Source: Myxococcota bacterium (lineage in GTDB: Bacteria > Myxococcota_A > UBA796 > GCA-2862545). From it: a stretch of DNA of 64,000 nt. Every line of letters begins with the position of its first letter. Position 1 is the stretch's first letter. This document shows, piece by piece, positions 58,845 to 64,000 of this stretch. Where the stretch lies: contig JBCCQY010000002.1 of the NCBI GenBank assembly GCA_039208735.1, positions 96,001 to 160,000 on the forward strand, read 5' to 3'. Under the pieces are notes generated by a model, which worked only from the letters and a program-made list of their open reading frames with translations, ran no database searches and was not told where the DNA came from. A program made the position numbers and the translations under genes.

Positions 58845-61800
58845 TCTTCATTGGGCTGACGTCGTGGTTCGTCAACCCGGCGTCCGCCCAGGTCGTCGGA
58901 GTCATGGGCGCCGTTGTCGAGCCAGCCACCTTGCCTACGGTTCGCGACACGCTGTTGTGCACACGCGAGTTCATCGAGGTCACCACCACCGATCTGTCGA
59001 CCTCGACGCCCTCGGTCGTCGAACTCCAACAGCATCACGCGGTGCTCGTGTTCGCCGACGCCCCGATGGCCGACCCGGTGGGCTTTGGGGATGCCTTGGC
59101 GGAGTACCTCGCGTCCGGCGGCGGGGTGGTCGTTGCGGTGGGCGCCACGTCTGCGGGCACGGGCATCGAGGGCCGCTTTGCCACCGAAGCCTGGGCCCCC
59201 CTTGAGCCTGGCCCCGTGCGGGCCCCCGGAGGCCAACTGTCGATCGCCGCCGTGCCTGAGTACGCCTGGTTGCCTGGCGTCGACGGGCACCCCACGACCC
59301 AGGGGGTCAACACCTTCTTGGGGGGCACGGCGAGCTATCAGGTCGACGCGGAGCCGCGGGATAACACCATCACCACCGCGGAGTGGTCCAACGGGGTCCC
59401 CGCCATTGTGCTGTCGGCGCCCAGCACCACCACAGGACGAGTGGCGACCGCGAACATCTGGCCCCCGTCCAACGTTGTCGACCTTGCATCCTGGGATGCC
59501 GCGACGGATGGCGACCGCATTCTGTCAAACACACTGTTGTGGGCGATGCGGTACGCCAAGCCCTTTCAGACCTGCGACAACGACGTCATCGTACAAGACC
59601 TCGATTGCGACGCCATCGATGCCGCCGACGAGTTGCCGATCGACCTCGACGACCCGCAATGCGCAAGCAACATCGATCCGGCAACGAGCGAGCCCTACCC
59701 CAACGCGGACTACTACATCGACCCCGGCAGCTTCAGCTGCACGTACCTCATCGCAGGCGCAGATCCCGACGGGGACTTGCTTGGGGGCATTGGCCAGCCC
59801 CTGGCGATTCCCAACGAGGATGGGGGCACACTCATTGTCCAGCTCGACTGCGACAACTGCCCCTTCGACTACAATCCGCACCAGTCCGACATCGACTGCG
59901 ACCGCATCGGCGACCTGTGTGACCCGTGCCCTTACGTGCCCGACAACGGCCGTGAGGACGATGGCGACTGTGTGGGCAATGCCTGTGACAACTGCCCCTT
60001 CACCCCGAACCTCGACCAGTCCGACATCGATTTCGACGACGTTGGGGATGTCTGCGACAACTGCCCCGCCGTCTTCAACCCTGACCAGGCCGACCAGGAC
60101 CTCGATGGCTTCGGCGATGCGTGCGACACGTGCCCAGAGTTCGCAAATCCCGAGCAGGAAGACCTCGACAAAGACGGGTTTTCGGGTCCCTGCGACAACT
60201 GCCCGGCCACGCCGAACCCCAAACAGTCGGACCGCGATGGCGATGGCATTGGCGATGCCTGCGACGTGTGCCCGGATCTTGTGTCCAAATTCAATCTGCC
60301 GGACACCGACGGCGATCGCTTGGGCGACATCTGCGACAACTGCGTGGCCATCCGCAACCCGGACCAGGCCGACCGCGATGAAGACGGTCGAGGCGATGCC
60401 TGCGACAACTGCCCCGATTGGTTCAACCTGACGATTGGGGCCGAGGTCGAGCAAGAGGACGCGGATGGTGACGGGATCGGTGACCGTTGCGACGTTTGCC
60501 CGACCCTCGCCAACCCCGAACAGGCCGACCAGGACAACGACTTCTTCGGCGATGCCTGCGACAACTGCCCGACCGTGCCCAATCCCTTAGGCCTCGACCA
60601 AGATGAGGACGGCATCGGCGACGCATGCGATTTATGTCCGTTCTTCCAAGACAGTCGGAATAGCGACGCGGATGGGGATGGCGTTGGCGACGTGTGCGAC
60701 AACTGCCCGAACTTCTTCAACCCCGAACAGGGCAACGAGGACGGCGACAACACAGGCGATGACTGCGACAACCTGCAGTTCCGCGGGGGTGGCCAGTGCG
60801 GCGTCGTGCCCGCCGCACCAACCGGTACGCTCGTGCTCTTCGGCCTCGTGCTCTTGGCCGCACATAGGGCGCGGAGGAGCCTTGGGGTTCTGGCCGCGTT
60901 GCTCTTCCTCGCCCTCGCCGGACCGGCGCAGGCCCAGCCCTACCGGGTGGCGCTGCTGACGGCGACGAGTCAGCCTGACCACGCGACCGACGTGCGGGAT
61001 TACGTGATGTGCGCGGGTCGTGGGCTTGGAGAAGTGCTCCCTGGCAATCCACGCCAAACCTACGAAATCGAACGCATCGATATCTTTGACGTGGCGGCGG
61101 CCACCCCTACCGTAGCCGAACTCGACTCCTACGACGCCGCATTCGTGTTCAGCGATGTGACGTTCGCCGACCCTACATTGCTTGGCAATCGGCTCGCGGA
61201 CTTTGTTGATCAGGACCGAGCCCTCGTGGTCGCGGGGCGGGCCCTCGACGCGACGGCGGGGCTGCAGGGCCGCGTCCTCACGCAGCTTCCCGTTACCGCT
61301 CCGGGTACCCTGGTCTTACCCGGGGGAAACCTGGGCATCGACATTGTCGACCCGCTCGATGCGTGGACCGCGCGTCCGCCCCAGCGTGGCCACGTCGCGT
61401 TCTATGCCTACGAAGCGTTCGATGGCGGGGCCGCGAGCCTTCATGTGCAGGGCCTTTCCGCCACGTCCAACGCTCGGCTACTCGCCGCCTGGAGCAATGG
61501 GGAGCCCGCGCTGATCACGGGCGACAACCGCGTTGCCGTGCTCAACCTCTATCCGCCCTCCGATGGCGCAGATCCAGCGTTCTGGCTCCGCAGTAGCAAT
61601 GGCGACCGGCTGGTTCACGGCACCCTGCGATGGGCGCTGGGTTGGGAAATCCTGGCCCAATGCGAAAACGAGTCGTTGTCGCAGGACCTGAACTGCAACG
61701 AGATCGACGCAGCCGAGGAGATCGAGACGGACCCGCTCAACGACGACTGCAACTTCGAAACCGCCGACTACTACTGGTCGTACTTCGGCTACGAATGCAC

Positions 61801-62959
61801 CTTTCCGGTCGACAACTTCGACGACGACAACGACGGGTTCGGGTCGGGCACCATTCCGCTGTACCTCCCGGGTAGCCCGATTCCGTGGGACATCATTGGG
61901 CTGGTCTGTGACACGTGCCCAGACGTCTACAACCCCCATCAGCTCGACTTTGGCTGCGATGGCTTCGGCGACTTGTGCGACGCCTGTCCCTTCGACGAAG
62001 CCCTCGTTCCCAACAACAACCGCGATGGGGACGGCGACTGCTTTGGCGATGCCTGCGACAACTGCCCCGAGGTCCCGAATCCCGACCAGTACGACGACGA
62101 TGAAGACTGGTTTGGCGAGGCGTGTGACAACTGCCCAGGGCTTTTCAACCCCCCCGACTTCATCGGGAACCGCTGGGTTCAAGCCGACCTCGACCAAGAC
62201 GGGGCCGGTGACGCTTGCGACAACTGCCTGATTGAACCCAATCCCGACCAGCTCGACAACGACGGCGACGGGCTCGGCAACGCCTGCGACAACTGCCCCG
62301 ACGTACCTTCGCTCGACCAAGAAGACGACGATGCCGACGGGGTCGGCAACCCTTGCGACAACTGCCCCGAGGTGGCGAGCCTCGACAACGGGGACCCCGA
62401 CGAAGATGGCTTGGGCAACCCTTGCGACAACTGCAGGTTCGTCGCCAACCCTGGTCAGATCGACACGGACAAGGACGGCGTCGGCGACGCGTGCGACATT
62501 TGCATCGACATCGCCAACGAGGGCCAAGCGGACCGCGATGCCGATGGCGTAGGCGATGGCTGCGACAATTGCCGCGACGACGCCAACGAAACCCAGCTCG
62601 ACACTGACGAAGACGGGGTCGGCGATGCGTGCGACAACTGCCCCCTCACCCCGAACTTCGACCAAGACGACCTAGATGCGGACGGCCTGGGCAACGCCTG
62701 CGACAACTGCCTGCTCGGCCGGGATGCGGCGGCGGTGGATTCCGATGGCGACGGCGTAGGCGACGTCTGCGACAACTGCCTCGATGTGCCCAACGCCGAT
62801 CAGATCGATGACGACGGCGACGGCCTCGGCGATGCCTGCGACCGCGAGGTCTTTCGGGGTGGCGGGCGACTCGTCGCCTGCGGCACCACCCCCCTCACCG
62901 TCGGTTGGCTGGGCTGGCTAGTGGCGTTGGGTCTCGCCTGGCGTCGCAAACCCGTGTGA
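58841..62959 (+). CDS. Thrombospondin type-3 repeat surface protein made of two tandem paralogous modules
   Basis: About 25 [15 protein letters not shown] repeats in two blocks; two homologous N-domains; two FRGGG..C-TM-RR tails. Confidence 0.88.
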   Translation: MIFIGLTSWFVNPASAQVVGVMGAVVEPATLPTVRDTLLCTREFIEVTTTDLSTSTPSVVELQQHHAVLVFADAPMADPVGFGDALAEYLASGGGVVVAVGATSAGTGIEGRFATEAWAPLEPGPVRAPGGQLSIAAVPEYAWLPGVDGHPTTQGVNTFLGGTASYQVDAEPRDNTITTAEWSNGVPAIVLSAPSTTTGRVATANIWPPSNVVDLASWDAATDGDRILSNTLLWAMRYAKPFQTCDNDVIVQDLDCDAIDAADELPIDLDDPQCASNIDPATSEPYPNADYYIDPGSFSCTYLIAGADPDGDLLGGIGQPLAIPNEDGGTLIVQLDCDNCPFDYNPHQSDIDCDRIGDLCDPCPYVPDNGREDDGDCVGNACDNCPFTPNLDQSDIDFDDVGDVCDNCPAVFNPDQADQDLDGFGDACDTCPEFANPEQEDLDKDGFSGPCDNCPATPNPKQSDRDGDGIGDACDVCPDLVSKFNLPDTDGDRLGDICDNCVAIRNPDQADRDEDGRGDACDNCPDWFNLTIGAEVEQEDADGDGIGDRCDVCPTLANPEQADQDNDFFGDACDNCPTVPNPLGLDQDEDGIGDACDLCPFFQDSRNSDADGDGVGDVCDNCPNFFNPEQGNEDGDNTGDDCDNLQFRGGGQCGVVPAAPTGTLVLFGLVLLAAHRARRSLGVLAALLFLALAGPAQAQPYRVALLTATSQPDHATDVRDYVMCAGRGLGEVLPGNPRQTYEIERIDIFDVAAATPTVAELDSYDAAFVFSDVTFADPTLLGNRLADFVDQDRALVVAGRALDATAGLQGRVLTQLPVTAPGTLVLPGGNLGIDIVDPLDAWTARPPQRGHVAFYAYEAFDGGAASLHVQGLSATSNARLLAAWSNGEPALITGDNRVAVLNLYPPSDGADPAFWLRSSNGDRLVHGTLRWALGWEILAQCENESLSQDLNCNEIDAAEEIETDPLNDDCNFETADYYWSYFGYECTFPVDNFDDDNDGFGSGTIPLYLPGSPIPWDIIGLVCDTCPDVYNPHQLDFGCDGFGDLCDACPFDEALVPNNNRDGDGDCFGDACDNCPEVPNPDQYDDDEDWFGEACDNCPGLFNPPDFIGNRWVQADLDQDGAGDACDNCLIEPNPDQLDNDGDGLGNACDNCPDVPSLDQEDDDADGVGNPCDNCPEVASLDNGDPDEDGLGNPCDNCRFVANPGQIDTDKDGVGDACDICIDIANEGQADRDADGVGDGCDNCRDDANETQLDTDEDGVGDACDNCPLTPNFDQDDLDADGLGNACDNCLLGRDAAAVDSDGDGVGDVCDNCLDVPNADQIDDDGDGLGDACDREVFRGGGRLVACGTTPLTVGWLGWLVALGLAWRRKPV

Positions 62960-62992
62960 GTGGCTCACGTCGACGACAATGGGTGTGCGCGA

Positions 62993-63028
62993 CCGACCCT
63001 CAGGGTCGGGACCAAGGCCGGTCGTTTT
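62993..63028. terminator. Possible terminator hairpin between convergent genes
   Basis: CCGACCC-TCA-GGGTCGG, with TTTT a short distance downstream. Confidence 0.3.
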
Positions 63029-63052
63029 CAAATGGCGTCGGTCCTACCGTCC

Positions 63053-64000
63053 TCAGCCGGCTCCAGGTTCTGCGATGCGAAACAACGTGGCCGGCCCATG
63101 ATTGCGGACCACCACCACCCCGGTCCCGTTCGAAAGCCGCAATTTGGCGAGGCCCTTGACATCACCGCGCGCCGTAAACCCTGATTCTACAGAAGAAATT
63201 GGCGTGTAGACGCCGGATGCAGAGCCTTTGAGAACCCATCCCGTCCCCCCATCGATTCGGGGCGTTTCTACCTCGGTCTTCTCCAGGTTCCCGGCCACGA
63301 TCAAGTCGAGATGGCCGTCCTGGTCGACATCGTGAACCACCGTGCCGTGCACCGTGCCGATTTGCGCCAGCAAAGGCAGGGATTGCGAATTCCACACCCC
63401 ATCTTTCGCCGTCCACACCGCACTATCAAAGGTGTGTGCGCGCAAGGCCAGGGCGGTATCGAGGTCCTCGCCGTAGACATCGCGTAGGGTGGCCTTGCCG
63501 TAGGCATCATAGGTCGCAAACTTCTCGGCGATGAAGGGCATCTGCTGCGAGGAACACTCCCGCCCGCGAACCGGATAGAGTTCCCCATCATTCTGCATCG
63601 AAAGCACGATGTCGAGCGAGCCACTCTCATCGAAATCCTTGGCGAACACGCGGAAGGGCGCATCTAGGCTCGCCCGGAACTTGATGCTTCGGCCGACGTT
63701 CCCCGCCACGATGCGGGGCCCTTCCGGACCTTCGAGGAAAGCGAGACTGCGCCACCATCCTTCGCTATTGGGAAGCGGAGACGAGGTCAGGGTTCCTCCC
63801 TCATTCGTGGCGACAACAATGGGCATCCACTCCCCAGCTACAATGAGGTCCAGGTCGGCATCGCCATCGATGTCGGCAAACCGAGCCGCCGTAACCATGC
63901 CCGCCTCTTGTAGCCCCGGGGCAAGCGTTGCCGTGGCGTCGTCGAATCGACCTCCATCATTTCGCAACAGCACACTCTTGGGCGTCAAGGGGTACCGACC
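63053..64000 (-). CDS. FG-GAP/VCBS-repeat protein, C-terminal part (start outside the window)
   Basis: DIDGDADLDLIVAGEW, DFDESGSLD, DVDQDGHLDLIVAGN. Confidence 0.85.
   Translation of the reverse strand, partial: GRYPLTPKSVLLRNDGGRFDDATATLAPGLQEAGMVTAARFADIDGDADLDLIVAGEWMPIVVATNEGGTLTSSPLPNSEGWWRSLAFLEGPEGPRIVAGNVGRSIKFRASLDAPFRVFAKDFDESGSLDIVLSMQNDGELYPVRGRECSSQQMPFIAEKFATYDAYGKATLRDVYGEDLDTALALRAHTFDSAVWTAKDGVWNSQSLPLLAQIGTVHGTVVHDVDQDGHLDLIVAGNLEKTEVETPRIDGGTGWVLKGSASGVYTPISSVESGFTARGDVKGLAKLRLSNGTGVVVVRNHGPATLFRIAEPGAG

Overview
High-GC bacterial DNA, most likely Myxococcota. This is inferred from the many lipoproteins, MopE-like and thrombospondin type-3 Asp/Cys repeats, and MYXO-CTERM-like tails. 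It holds about 47 tightly packed genes, and I saw no rRNA, tRNA, CRISPR array or mobile element. Recognisable housekeeping or catabolic genes include monomeric icd, purT, a CatIJ/GctAB-type CoA-transferase and a benzoate-CoA ligase-family enzyme. Three regions stand out. (1) 24776-31591: a sigma32/sigma70-like promoter is followed by a ~550-nt, hairpin-dense leader or ncRNA (UUCG/GAAA tetraloops, repeated motifs, a 22-codon uORF). Downstream lie a ~1690-aa HEAT-repeat/HExxH/vWA protein and a MoxR AAA+ ATPase with an extra N-terminal beta domain, a candidate undescribed RNP or conflict system. (2) 6038-14346: a sulfur-metabolism island with back-to-back sigma54 promoters, a Tat-less molybdoenzyme/NrfC-NrfD/TorD operon, and a SulP-STAS transporter read in frame into a persulfide dioxygenase. 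(3) 58841-62959: an apparent polyprotein of two complete surface proteins joined by an internal sorting signal plus a second signal peptide. All calls come from reading motifs by eye; no searches or folding programs were run. Many start codons were moved from the ORF track using RBS evidence.
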